A stretch of 64,000 nucleotides of DNA, taken from Chloroflexota bacterium (lineage in GTDB: Bacteria; Chloroflexota; Limnocylindria; Limnocylindrales; CSP1-4). A model generated the notes under the pieces. It had not been told where the DNA came from. It did not search any database and saw only the letters and a program-made list of their open reading frames with translations. The translations under genes were made by a program, and so were the position numbers. The DNA is taken from assembly GCA_003152995.1 (NCBI GenBank), contig PMBR01000089.1, positions 45,893-109,892 on the forward strand, in the 5' to 3' direction. This document shows positions 38,519-47,861 of this stretch, in pieces (the first letter of the stretch is position 1; each line of letters begins with the position of its first letter).

Positions 38519-39636
38519 GCGGCGAAGGCGCGGCTGTCGTTGCGGCGGAGGCGATTCGGGTTCGTGTGCCGTTCCGGCGCCCCGTGGTCACCGCGGCGGG
38601 CGCGTGGCGCCACCGCGAATCGTGGATCTTTCGGCTTTTCGACGCGGAGGGCGTAGTCGGACTTGGCGAGGCGGCGCTGGATTTCGAGGCGGGCCCAGCC
38701 GTGGCGGCCGAACTGGCGCGGCTGGTCCGCGAGACGGTCGAGCGGGTGCGCGCCGGCAGCGGATTGCCGTCCGGAGCCGAACTCGAGGCGGCCGGCGCGG
38801 GGGGCCGGGCGCTTCGGTGCGCGCTCGACTCTGCTGTGCTCGACTCGACGCTGCAGGCGAGGCCCCAAGCCGGCGGCCCGCGGTCCGTGCCAGTCAACGC
38901 CACCATTGGGTTCCTCGGTGCGAGTGAGACCGCGGCCGCCGCGCGGGCCGCGGTCTCGGCGGGATTCGGGACGATCAAGATGAAGGTCGGCCCGGAGCGA
39001 ACCACTGTGGAGCTGATCGAGCGCGTGGCGGCGGTCCGGGCGGCTGCCGGGACGGACGTGCGCCTACGGCTGGATGCAAACGGGGCGTGGGACGTTGCCA
39101 CTGCCCGGGAGCGCCTCGCGGCCGTGGCGCCGTACCGGATCGAGTACGTGGAGCAGCCGGTCGCTGCGGACGACCCGTCCGATCTGGCGGCGGTCCGCGA
39201 GGGCTCCCCGGTCGCGATAGCGGCGGACGAGTCAATGTCATCGGTCGCGGCGGCGCGCGAGCTGCTCGCGGCCAGGGCCGCCGACGTACTGGTCGTCAAG
39301 CCGGCACGGGTCGGCGGACCGACGGCAGCGTGGAAGATCGAGGAGATGGCTTTCGCCGCCGGCGTCTCAGTTGTCATTTCCACGCTCTTCGAGACCGGCG
39401 TCGGCATTGCCGCCGCGCTGGCGACTGCTGCCGGCCTCTCTCCGGTCGCCGGCGCCATGGCCGATCTCGCCCACGGCCTCGCGACCGCCGGTATGCTCGA
39501 GTCGGATCTACTCGAAAAGTCGCTCAGGATCGTCGACGGCCGGATGGTCGTTCCGGATGGCCCGGGCCTCGGGATCGCCCTGGACGAAACGGCACTCCAG
39601 CGCTACGCCGTCGAGCGGCTCGCGAGCCGGACGTGA
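38515..39636 (+). CDS. menC: o-succinylbenzoate synthase (enolase superfamily)
   Basis: Enolase-superfamily MR/MLE-like layout (KMKVG ... RLDANGAWD ... YVEQP ... IAADES). Its position between menA and menE supports OSBS. Confidence 0.75.
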   Translation: MSGEGAAVVAAEAIRVRVPFRRPVVTAAGAWRHRESWIFRLFDAEGVVGLGEAALDFEAGPAVAAELARLVRETVERVRAGSGLPSGAELEAAGAGGRALRCALDSAVLDSTLQARPQAGGPRSVPVNATIGFLGASETAAAARAAVSAGFGTIKMKVGPERTTVELIERVAAVRAAAGTDVRLRLDANGAWDVATARERLAAVAPYRIEYVEQPVAADDPSDLAAVREGSPVAIAADESMSSVAAARELLAARAADVLVVKPARVGGPTAAWKIEEMAFAAGVSVVISTLFETGVGIAAALATAAGLSPVAGAMADLAHGLATAGMLESDLLEKSLRIVDGRMVVPDGPGLGIALDETALQRYAVERLASRT

Positions 39637-41939
39637 CGGCGGCGCTGTCATTCGTCGAGGCCGCGCGAGCCCATGCCCGCCTCCAACCCGACGATCTTGC
39701 CATCCTCGACGGCGACCTGCGCTGGTCCTGGTCCGAGCTGGATCGCCGGGCCGACGCACTGGTGGCCGGTTTGGAAGCAGCAGGCATCGTGCCGGGCGAT
39801 CGCGTCGGGCTCCTCGCCACGTCATCGGCCGGGGTCGTGGCCGCGCTCCACGGAATGGTCCGGGCAGGCGTTGCAGTCGTGCCCATCGGCCCGCGTCTGA
39901 CACGACCGGAAATGGCCACCATCGCTGCCGCTGCGCGCCTCCGGGCTGTCGTCGCGTCGAGCGGCGCCCAACCTGGGATCGACGGAGTGGCCGGCCTCGA
40001 CCTCGAGAGTTTGCTCGACTCCGGGCCGCCGCGTTCGCGCCGCCTCGCCGCGCCGGCTCGTACGCCCGGTACCCCCGCGGTCATCGTTCCGACTTCGGGG
40101 ACCACAGGTCTGCCGAAACTCGTCCGGCTGGGAGCGGGACAGCTCGACGCCAGCGCCGCCGCATGGTCGGCCGTGCTTCCGCCCGCGACCGGCTGGCTCC
40201 TTTCGCTGACAGTGGCCCACGTCTCCGGCATCGGAATCGTCGTCCGCGCGGCTGCGGCCGGCGTTCCGGTCGTCGTGCCCTGCCCGACAAACGACGAGCC
40301 GATCGACTCCGGACTGCGGGCCGCGCGGTCGGCGGGCATCAGCGTGAGTCACCTCTCCCTGGTGGTCCCGCAACTCGTCCGCCTTCTCGACGCGTCGGGC
40401 GCGGATGCACTGCCGGAGGAGGTCCGCGCGATTCTCCTCGGCGGCGGCCCGATCCCCGAGTCTCTCGTGTCCCGGGCGCTGGCGGCCGGCTGGCCGATCG
40501 TCCCGAGCTACGGCATGACCGAGACCGCTTCGGGCGTGGTCTCGATGCCGCTGGGTGAGGCGCGCCGCCGCCCCTGGTCGGCCGGACGTCCGCTGCCAAG
40601 TGTCGAAGTCCGGATCGACTCTTGCGCGACCGCGCTGGACGTGGGAGCCGTCGGCGAGATCCTCGTCCGCGGCCCGATGGTCTTCGACGGTTACGAGAAC
40701 GACACTGAGGCGACCGCCTCCACTCTCGACGCCGAGGGCTGGCTCCGCACCGGAGATCTCGGCAGCATCGAGGCCGGAGGCTGGCTCCGCGTCGTGGCCC
40801 GCCGCGACGAGATCATCATCTCGGGCGGCGAGAACGTCGCGCCCGCCGAGATCGAGGGCGTCCTCGCGAGCCACCCGTCGGTCGTCGACGTCGGCGTGAT
40901 CGGCGTACCCGACGACCGGTGGGGTTCGGTGCCCATCGCCTTCGTCGTCCTGCGTTCCGGGTCCGGTGCGACGCAGGAGACTCTGCGCGGCTTTGCCCGC
41001 GAGCGACTGGCGCCGTTCAAGGTGCCGGCTCGAGTGATCGAAGTGGCGACACTCCCAAGATCGTCGTCCGGCAAGCTGCTTCGCCGCTCGCTCGCCGAAC
41101 TGGCATCGGCGCCTAGACGCCGGCCGTCGCTTGCCGGAACGACGAAGATCGAGGCCGACGACGGCCAGCCGCTCGCCTTCCGCGACCTGGCCGGGCCGAA
41201 CGGCGCCCAGACGGTGGTTCTTCTCCACGCGACGCTTTCGAATTCTGGTCAGCTTCTCCGAATCGCAAACCGGCTTCGCGGCGATGCTCGCGTATTGCTG
41301 ACGGATCGGCGGGGGAGCGGCTCCAGTGCGATGCAAATCGCGGCGCCGGTTTCGATTGCGCGCCATGTCGCCGACCTGCTGGCCGTCCTCGACGCCAACT
41401 CGGTGGCGCGCCCGGTCATCTTCGGTCATAGCTTCGGCGCGCTGCTGGCCATCGAGTTTGCGGCGCGTCATCCCGAGCGGACGGCAGCAGTCGTCGCGTA
41501 CGAGCCGCCTTACCTCACAGTCGCACCCCCGGAAGTGCTGACGCGACTCGGCCGAGTTGGCGAGGCCGTCGAGGTTGCGTACGCGTCGGGAGGGCCCGCG
41601 ACCGCGGCCCGTCTGTTCGTCCGTCTAGTGGCCGGCGACGACGCGTGGGATCGGCTCGAACCCGCCCAACGCGCCTGGCTGGAGGCCGAGGGTTCGGGCG
41701 CGCTGGCCGACACCTCGATGGCCGATCTCGACCTCGCGGGGCTGTCACGCATCGCCTGCTCCGTCGTGCTCGCCACCGGAAGCGCCTCGGACGACTTCTA
41801 CGCCCCGATTGCCGACTCGCTGGCAGCTGCCATCCCCGGCTCGCAGCGAGTCGTCCTTGCGGGCCTCCGCCACGTCGCGCCGATCACCGACCCGGCCCCG
41901 ATCGCCGAGCTGATTGAAAAGACGTACCGGGGCACTTGA
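39633..41939 (+). CDS. menE: o-succinylbenzoate-CoA ligase (AMP-binding) fused to a C-terminal alpha/beta-hydrolase domain (768 aa)
   Basis: AMP-binding core (PTSGTTGLPKLV; SYGMTETAS; GWLRTGDLG; SGGENVAPAEIE; PRSSSGKLLRR) to about residue 490. A distinct domain follows with VVLLHATLSNSG...VIFGHSFGALLAIEFAARHPERTAAVVAYEPPY (GxSxG elbow). GTGA overlap with menC. The six-frame ORF opens far upstream at 39087 inside menC. Confidence 0.8.
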   Translation: MTAALSFVEAARAHARLQPDDLAILDGDLRWSWSELDRRADALVAGLEAAGIVPGDRVGLLATSSAGVVAALHGMVRAGVAVVPIGPRLTRPEMATIAAAARLRAVVASSGAQPGIDGVAGLDLESLLDSGPPRSRRLAAPARTPGTPAVIVPTSGTTGLPKLVRLGAGQLDASAAAWSAVLPPATGWLLSLTVAHVSGIGIVVRAAAAGVPVVVPCPTNDEPIDSGLRAARSAGISVSHLSLVVPQLVRLLDASGADALPEEVRAILLGGGPIPESLVSRALAAGWPIVPSYGMTETASGVVSMPLGEARRRPWSAGRPLPSVEVRIDSCATALDVGAVGEILVRGPMVFDGYENDTEATASTLDAEGWLRTGDLGSIEAGGWLRVVARRDEIIISGGENVAPAEIEGVLASHPSVVDVGVIGVPDDRWGSVPIAFVVLRSGSGATQETLRGFARERLAPFKVPARVIEVATLPRSSSGKLLRRSLAELASAPRRRPSLAGTTKIEADDGQPLAFRDLAGPNGAQTVVLLHATLSNSGQLLRIANRLRGDARVLLTDRRGSGSSAMQIAAPVSIARHVADLLAVLDANSVARPVIFGHSFGALLAIEFAARHPERTAAVVAYEPPYLTVAPPEVLTRLGRVGEAVEVAYASGGPATAARLFVRLVAGDDAWDRLEPAQRAWLEAEGSGALADTSMADLDLAGLSRIACSVVLATGSASDDFYAPIADSLAAAIPGSQRVVLAGLRHVAPITDPAPIAELIEKTYRGT

Positions 41940-41952
41940 GGTGCCCCGGTAC
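41924..41952. terminator. Perfect 12-bp stem / 5-nt loop hairpin between convergent menE and the downstream minus-strand gene (bidirectional terminator candidate)
   Basis: GTACCGGGGCAC TTGAG GTGCCCCGGTAC; the menE stop codon lies in the loop. Confidence 0.6.
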
Positions 41953-41976
41953 GTTTCCTGACGGCAATGAAGGTGG

Positions 41977-42954
41977 CTACAGGCGATCTACCAGCGGTAG
42001 AAGATCGGTCTCGATATCGGCATCGGACGCACCGCAATCAACTCGGGCCAGTAGCCATGACTCCGGGTGGTCGAGGTGCGCGCCGGGTTCGAGACGGGTG
42101 AGGGGCCCGAGTGTTTCGACTTCGAGCATGTCGGGGTCGGTGTACGTCTCGGTGTTGCAGCCCATGTCCGAATAGGTGGCGCCGGGATAGTACGGGTAGC
42201 GCTTGACGAGAACCTCGTTTCCGAGCACGTAGGCCGCCCAGCCCTTCGAGTTGAGCATGCCGACCTTCTGCTTGGTGGTGGCCTTCGGATCCTGGCGGAG
42301 CTGGATGTACTTGCAGCCCCAGGTCCAGCGTGGATCGCTCATGTCGGTGAAGTGCCAGAGCACGAGAGGCCGCGCCGGGACGAGGCAATCGGGATGAGGC
42401 TTGTAGTCTTCCTGGGGATAGATCGCCCGGCCGCCCGCAGCCATGACCGAGAGCGCCCAGGCCGAGAGCTCGATGGCCCACGGGTTTCGATTCGTGATCC
42501 GGTGCTCGACTTCCACCCTCGGATCCGTGGGCGAAAGGGTTATGCGAATCTCTTTCTCGATCCCATTTGAGGGTTCGACGGACCGGAGCGTGAGGCTCTT
42601 GCCGTCCCAGGCGTGCTCGACCGGAACGTTGTCGGGTGTGTAGGTGCGGGGGAATACCTCGGGCGCATGCCACAGCCGATGCCCGCCGTAGTTGTTCCAT
42701 TCGGGATCGCCGGTCCGACCCAATGTCGACGGGTAGTTGTGGAACAGGTTCTGCCCGCCCACGAAACCGAGCCGGATTATGCGAGGGCCCACGTCGGTCG
42801 TCACCACGAGCTCGATCTCTCCGTTGGACAGGCGAATCGAGTTCGCCCAGCCGCCGAAGTCGACGATCTCCATCGCGCTCGACGCTTCGTTCATGGTCGA
42901 CGAGGGGTCCTCGAGGCCCACCGGCACTCGAGAGTCCATCCCACTGGGCATCAT
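41977..42954 (-). CDS. Hypothetical protein, last gene of fucose-locus ABC operon (possibly sugar mutarotase/epimerase-like)
   Basis: 325-aa soluble protein translationally coupled (TGAGGAGAATGATG) to the upstream ATPase. No confident family assignment from sequence alone. Confidence 0.35.
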   Translation of the reverse strand: MMPSGMDSRVPVGLEDPSSTMNEASSAMEIVDFGGWANSIRLSNGEIELVVTTDVGPRIIRLGFVGGQNLFHNYPSTLGRTGDPEWNNYGGHRLWHAPEVFPRTYTPDNVPVEHAWDGKSLTLRSVEPSNGIEKEIRITLSPTDPRVEVEHRITNRNPWAIELSAWALSVMAAGGRAIYPQEDYKPHPDCLVPARPLVLWHFTDMSDPRWTWGCKYIQLRQDPKATTKQKVGMLNSKGWAAYVLGNEVLVKRYPYYPGATYSDMGCNTETYTDPDMLEVETLGPLTRLEPGAHLDHPESWLLARVDCGASDADIETDLLPLVDRL

Positions 42955-42959
42955 TCTCC

Positions 42960-44516
42960 TCAGCCGACCGCTGCTGCTGCTTTTGGCGCTTCCGTCTGCG
43001 CCATGGCGGGAATCTCTCCGATCGCTTCGCGCAGGATGTCCGACTCGGCGGCCTCGCCGCGCGCGAACTCGCGGCAGATGGCACCGCGCCGCATAACGAT
43101 TATCCGGTGGCTCATCTCAAGAGCCTCGGTGTAATCCGATGTCAACATCAGGATCCCGACCCCGCGCTCGAGCAGTTCCTCCATGATGCCGTAGATCTCG
43201 CGCTTGCCGTTGATGTCGATGCCGCGCGTGGGCTCATCGAAGATCAGGACCTGGCATTCGGCGCCCAACCACTTGGCCACGACAACCTTCTGCTGGTTGC
43301 CGCCCGAGAGTTGCATGGCGAAGGTACGCCCATTGGGCGCCTTGACCGACAGCCGGCCCATGATCCCGACGACTTCCTTGTCCAGCCGGGACTGATTCAC
43401 GATTCCCAACGTGCTGAGCCGGTACAGGCTGGGGTATGCGTAGTTGTCGCGAATTGTGTGATCCTGAATGAGCCCCAGGCTCTTGCGATCCTCGGGCAGA
43501 TAAGCAATGCCGTCGCGAATGCCGTCCTGCGGGGAGCGGGGGCGGATACGCTTCTCGTGGACGTAGATCTCGCCGCTATCGAATGGATCCACGCCGGCGA
43601 TGGCTCGACCAAGCTCAGTCTTCCCGGCGCCCATGAGACCGGTGACGCCGACGATCTCGCCCCTCTTGATCACGAGATTGACGTGATCGAGGACCCGTCC
43701 GCGGCAGATGTTCTCCACCCTCAGAGCGTTCTCATCTGACGGCGTTCGGAGGTCCGGGTATTGCTTCTTGACCTCCCCGCCGATCATCAGTTCGATCATC
43801 TTGTCGAACGCCAGGTCCTTGATCTCATAGGTGCCGACGTTTGAGCCGTCCCTCAGGATCGTGACGCGATCGCCGATTTCGGCTACTTCGGCGTACCGGT
43901 GTGAGATGTATACGAAGGCGACGCCCTGTTCCTTCTTGAGCTGGCGAATGACCGCGAACAGGTCCTTGCGGGACCGGTCTTCCAGGACGTCCGTCGGTTC
44001 ATCGAGGACGAGGACCTTCGCCTTGGTCGTCAGAGCGCGAGCGATCTCCACCATCTTCTGCTCGGTGACGCTCAGCCTCGAGACCGTTTCCCTGGGGTCC
44101 AAATCGATATGGAATTTCTTGAGGTATTGGGTCGCACGCGCGTAAAGCGTCTTCTCATCAACGAGCCCGCCCCTCGTCGGCTCCATGCCCAGGAACATGT
44201 TGCGGGCGATATCCAGGTTCTTGGCCAGGCTCAATTCCTGGTAGATGAAGCGAAGGCCCTGATCCAGCGCGTCCTGCGGCGTGCTGATCGAAACCACTTG
44301 CCCGTCGACCAGGATTTCCCCTGAATCGGTCTTGTAGGCGCCGCTCAGCACTTTGATGAGCGTGCTCTTGCCGGCTCCGTTCTCGCCGAGCAATACGTGG
44401 ACCTCACCCGGACGAAGCTGAAAATTGACACTGTTCAGTGCCAGCACGCCGGGGAATGCCTTGACGATGTTCCGCATCTCTACGACGAAGGTTGTGGTGT
44501 CCGGAGTGCTCGGCAT
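42960..44516 (-). CDS. Sugar ABC transporter ATP-binding protein, CUT2 family (two ABC domains)
   Basis: Two Walker A motifs (GENGAGKST; GLMGAGKTE), two signature motifs (LSVTEQKMV; LSGGNQQKV) and two Walker B motifs. RbsA/MglA-like. Confidence 0.85.
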   Translation of the reverse strand: MPSTPDTTTFVVEMRNIVKAFPGVLALNSVNFQLRPGEVHVLLGENGAGKSTLIKVLSGAYKTDSGEILVDGQVVSISTPQDALDQGLRFIYQELSLAKNLDIARNMFLGMEPTRGGLVDEKTLYARATQYLKKFHIDLDPRETVSRLSVTEQKMVEIARALTTKAKVLVLDEPTDVLEDRSRKDLFAVIRQLKKEQGVAFVYISHRYAEVAEIGDRVTILRDGSNVGTYEIKDLAFDKMIELMIGGEVKKQYPDLRTPSDENALRVENICRGRVLDHVNLVIKRGEIVGVTGLMGAGKTELGRAIAGVDPFDSGEIYVHEKRIRPRSPQDGIRDGIAYLPEDRKSLGLIQDHTIRDNYAYPSLYRLSTLGIVNQSRLDKEVVGIMGRLSVKAPNGRTFAMQLSGGNQQKVVVAKWLGAECQVLIFDEPTRGIDINGKREIYGIMEELLERGVGILMLTSDYTEALEMSHRIIVMRRGAICREFARGEAAESDILREAIGEIPAMAQTEAPKAAAAVG

Positions 44517-44629
44517 GACTCTCCTGCTCGGGTGACCTGCGAGGCCCCGTTATGCGAAGGCCTCGCAGGTCAAATCCGAAAGCAACGCTAAGGAACTCTA
44601 CGAGTTGAAGATGCTAGGAGCCAATCGGC

Positions 44630-45616
44630 CTACTGGAAGGTCGCCGCGTTGGTCTTGTCGATCACGATGCCCGGGATGAGGACGGTCTTCTGAACCGTGC
44701 CACCCTGAAGGATGGTGATCGCGTCGTCGACGATGGTCTTGCCCATCGAGACGTTGTCCTGATGGATGCTGGCGGTCTCGGTGCCGGCGAGGATGGCGGT
44801 GAGCTCGGCGGCGGAGCCGTCGAAGCCGTAGACGCCGATCTTAGCGGTCTTGCCCTTGTCCGCAACGGCCTTGGCCACAGCGGCGGCGCCGTCAGAGTGC
44901 GGAACAAAGATGGCAACGAGGTCGGGGACGGAGGCGATAGCGGCGGTGGCTATGCTGACGTCCGTGACGGAGTCCCAGTTGCCGTACTGACCATCGTCGG
45001 TCATGCCGCAGGCCTTGATCTTGTCCTCGACACCCTTCTTGCGCGCGTCACCGCTCTGGGCGCCGACGGTGCCACCGAGGACGAGGACAGTGCCCTTGCC
45101 GCCGGTGTTCTTGCAGATGAGGTCGCCGATCAGGTTGCCGGCGCCTTCGTTGTCCGTCTGGATCAGCGCGGAGATGTACGGATTGTCAATGCCGGTGTCG
45201 ACGGCGAGGATCGGGATGTTGGCGGCCTGGGCCTTGGTGATCGTGTCGCCCCAAACCCGGTTGTCGACGGAGCCGATGATGATCGCGGAGGGCTTCTGCG
45301 TCAGCTCGGAGTTGACGGCGGCCAGCTGAGTGGCGGAGTCGTTGACAGTGGCGGTCACGTCAACAAACGTCACGCCCTTGGCCGTAGCTTCGGCGGCAGC
45401 GGCCTTGCCGAGGATGTTCCAGTACGTGTTGCTGGTCGAGTATCCGGAGTAGGCGATCGTGATGGGCGCGGCAGTCGTTGCGACAGTCGGCGCGACGGTC
45501 GTTGCGACAGTCGGCGCGACAGTCGGCGCGACGGTCGGCGCGACAGGCGAGGGGGTGGCACTCGATGAGCAGCCAGCCAGAACGACGGCTGTGACCAGAA
45601 GGAGAGCCCGTTTCAT
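44630..45616 (-). CDS. Sugar ABC transporter substrate-binding lipoprotein (periplasmic binding protein family, RbsB-like)
   Basis: Lipobox VLAGCSS, an APTV-repeat linker, then a type-I PBP fold. ATG at complement 45616 with GGGAG 9 nt upstream; the ORF extension to 45796 overlaps the permease and is rejected. Confidence 0.75.
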   Translation of the reverse strand: MKRALLLVTAVVLAGCSSSATPSPVAPTVAPTVAPTVATTVAPTVATTAAPITIAYSGYSTSNTYWNILGKAAAAEATAKGVTFVDVTATVNDSATQLAAVNSELTQKPSAIIIGSVDNRVWGDTITKAQAANIPILAVDTGIDNPYISALIQTDNEGAGNLIGDLICKNTGGKGTVLVLGGTVGAQSGDARKKGVEDKIKACGMTDDGQYGNWDSVTDVSIATAAIASVPDLVAIFVPHSDGAAAVAKAVADKGKTAKIGVYGFDGSAAELTAILAGTETASIHQDNVSMGKTIVDDAITILQGGTVQKTVLIPGIVIDKTNAATFQ

Positions 45617-45683
45617 GTGTTCCATCTCCCGTTTTTCGTTTGCATCTCTTTGAGCTCGAGGTTCCTCTTGAGCTCGAGAGTTA

Positions 45684-46676
45684 TCAGCTTCCGATTCCAA
45701 CCCTATTCCATAGACTCCTCTTCTTAGCGGAGGTGACGCCAGGCCTGCGAGAAGCGCTGGCCCGTCTTTGGGTGTGATCAACCCACACGGCAACAATCAA
45801 CACAGCTCCGGTCGCGACCAACTGCCAGAACGCGTCGTAGTGCAGATAGATCAGGCCGGCAAAGATTGATTCGTAGATGAGGACGCCGATGATGGTTCTG
45901 CTCACACCGCCGACGCCGCCGAACATGCTCGTTCCGCCGATCACGACGCCGGCGATCGCCCACATTTCCATGCCCTGGCCGCGGTCCACATAGGCGAAGT
46001 CCACACGTGCCGTGTATACGATCGCGCCCAGGGCGGCCATGATTCCGCAGATCATGTAGATCAGGACGATGTTGCGCTTAACCGGGATGCCGGCCAGACG
46101 AGCAACCTCTGCGTTGCCGCCTTGGGCATAGACCTGGAAGCCGAGCCTCGTCTTGGACAGGATGAACCAGATGGTCAGGAAGGCGATTGCGGAGAGCAGC
46201 AACGGCCCGGGAAGGCCAGAGCCTAGCCAGTCGAAGTTCTTGCCGAACTGCTCCATGTCGACGCCGGCGCCCCACATGTCGGCAACCCCTCGGAAGGCCA
46301 ACTGGGTTCCGAGTGTGGCGATCAGTGTCGGGATGCCCGTCTTCACAACGATGACGCCGTTGGTGATGCCGCACAGCGCGCCGGCTCCCAGTCCGATAAC
46401 AACTGCGAGCGGCCAGAACATGTGGGCCACCAGCAACTGGCCGACGACCACGGACACGAGGGCGTAGATCGACCCAACAGAAAGGTCGAGGCAGTTACCG
46501 ATCAGGGCGATCGTCATGCCGCAACACATGATGAAGAGGCCGGACCCGGTCGAATTCTCGAGGACGTTGTCGATCGCTTCCCAGTCCCGGGCGATAGGCG
46601 CGAGCGCCCAGATCACAACCCAGATGAGGACCAGACCCAGCAGCGGTCCGGCGATTTCTCTTAGTTGCCTTTGCAC
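45684..46676 (-). CDS. Sugar ABC transporter permease (RbsC/AraH-like)
   Basis: About 10 TM helices with conserved GGTSMFGGVGGV and EVARLAGIPV segments typical of CUT2 permeases. Confidence 0.8.
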   Translation of the reverse strand: MQRQLREIAGPLLGLVLIWVVIWALAPIARDWEAIDNVLENSTGSGLFIMCCGMTIALIGNCLDLSVGSIYALVSVVVGQLLVAHMFWPLAVVIGLGAGALCGITNGVIVVKTGIPTLIATLGTQLAFRGVADMWGAGVDMEQFGKNFDWLGSGLPGPLLLSAIAFLTIWFILSKTRLGFQVYAQGGNAEVARLAGIPVKRNIVLIYMICGIMAALGAIVYTARVDFAYVDRGQGMEMWAIAGVVIGGTSMFGGVGGVSRTIIGVLIYESIFAGLIYLHYDAFWQLVATGAVLIVAVWVDHTQRRASASRRPGVTSAKKRSLWNRVGIGS

Positions 46677-46768
46677 TCTAGTTCTCCTTGATTGGACGAT
46701 TGCCGCTGGATTCGCTGGCTGGAATCAGGGGCGTGGATTCGATTCGTCGTGGAGTCGCAACAGAAGTT

Positions 46769-47824
46769 TTATTCATCAAAGACGATTGCCACCTTGCCAG
46801 ACTTGCCCTCATCCATCGTCCGGTAAGCCTCGCTTGCCTTCTCGAGCGGGAAGCGATGCGTGCATGTCACATCCGGGTGCATCTTCCAGCGCGGCATCCG
46901 CTCGACCAGGTCCTCGGCGTTGCCGAGGTTCGTCACCCAGGAGCCGAAGATGGTCTTCTGGTCGTGGATCATGTCCGGGCTCGGGTTCAGCTCGACGGTG
47001 CCGCCCTCGCCCACGAAGGCGATACGGCCCCAGCGACGCGTCGCGCGGACGGCGAGCTGCCGGCCCGCAGACGCCCCGGAGCAATCGATGGCGACTTCGC
47101 AGCCGAGGCCCTCGGTCGCTTCGCGGATCTTCGCGATGGCGTTCTCGTCGGCCTTGACCACAAGATCGGCCAAGCCGAGCTTCTCGGCCAGCGCGATCCG
47201 CTCCGGAACCACGTCGGCGCCGATGACCTTCGTCGCACCGCGCGCCCGGGCGAGCATGAGCGACGCGAGCCCCATGGGTCCGAGGCCCACGACGAGCGCG
47301 GTGTCGTCGCCGGAGACGTCGATCCGCCGAATTGCCTCGTAGCACGTGCCAAACCCGCAGGCTACGCAGGCCCCGTCGATGTAGCTCATAGAGTCCGGCA
47401 TGAGCACGCAGTCGGCTTCCTCGGCCAGGCAGAACTCGGCGTTTCCGCCGTTACGCTGCCACCCATAGGCCGCGCGCAAGGGACTCGTGCAGCTGATCTG
47501 GTAGCCGGTGCGGCACTCGTGGCAGCGGCCGCAGCCACTGATGTGATAGAGGAGGACGCGGTCGCCTTCCTTGAAGCGGCGCATGTCCAAGCCCGTGGCC
47601 ACGATCTGCCCGGACGGCTCGTGGCCGCAGATCATTCCCGGCGTGTAGCCTTCCGGCCCCTTACCCAGGTGCTGCCGATAGATCGCCCGGATGTCGCTAC
47701 CGCAGATCGTCGAGGCCTTCATCTTGATGAGGACCTGGCCCGGGGCCGGCCGCGGCACCGGAAACTCGCGGAGTTCCACGGTGCTGTTTCCAGGGAGGAC
47801 GGCTCCGAGCATCGTCTGCGCCAT
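46769..47824 (-). CDS. Zinc-dependent alcohol/polyol dehydrogenase (MDR family, sorbitol-DH-like)
   Basis: Catalytic Zn motif GHEPSG, structural Zn Cys cluster (CGRCHECRTGYQISC) and Rossmann motif GLGPMG. Confidence 0.85.
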   Translation of the reverse strand: MAQTMLGAVLPGNSTVELREFPVPRPAPGQVLIKMKASTICGSDIRAIYRQHLGKGPEGYTPGMICGHEPSGQIVATGLDMRRFKEGDRVLLYHISGCGRCHECRTGYQISCTSPLRAAYGWQRNGGNAEFCLAEEADCVLMPDSMSYIDGACVACGFGTCYEAIRRIDVSGDDTALVVGLGPMGLASLMLARARGATKVIGADVVPERIALAEKLGLADLVVKADENAIAKIREATEGLGCEVAIDCSGASAGRQLAVRATRRWGRIAFVGEGGTVELNPSPDMIHDQKTIFGSWVTNLGNAEDLVERMPRWKMHPDVTCTHRFPLEKASEAYRTMDEGKSGKVAIVFDE

Positions 47825-47861
47825 ATTGCGCTCCTTGTATCTTCGCGGGCGGGGCAGCCCA

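Noticed and set aside
39087-39632. 5' extension of the menE ORF into menC
   Set aside because: Out of frame with menC, Arg/Gly-rich, and the GTGA-coupled start at 39633 matches the pattern of the rest of the operon.
39822-41471. 549-aa minus-strand ORF and other large ORFs antisense to menE, menC, menD and menF (for example 32820..33575, 34443..35510, 36619..37965, 38502..39458)
   Set aside because: All lie opposite well-supported men genes. They are Arg/Pro/Ser-rich low-complexity translations.
42038-43739. ORFs 42038..43084 (-) and 42636..43739 (+) across the hypothetical and ATPase genes
   Set aside because: Overlap better-supported genes in other frames; no motifs.
45617-45796. Upstream extension of the SBP ORF that overlaps the permease 3' end
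   Set aside because: The internal ATG (complement 45616) has a GGGAG RBS and is followed directly by a lipoprotein signal. The extension is Ala/Arg/Gly-rich.
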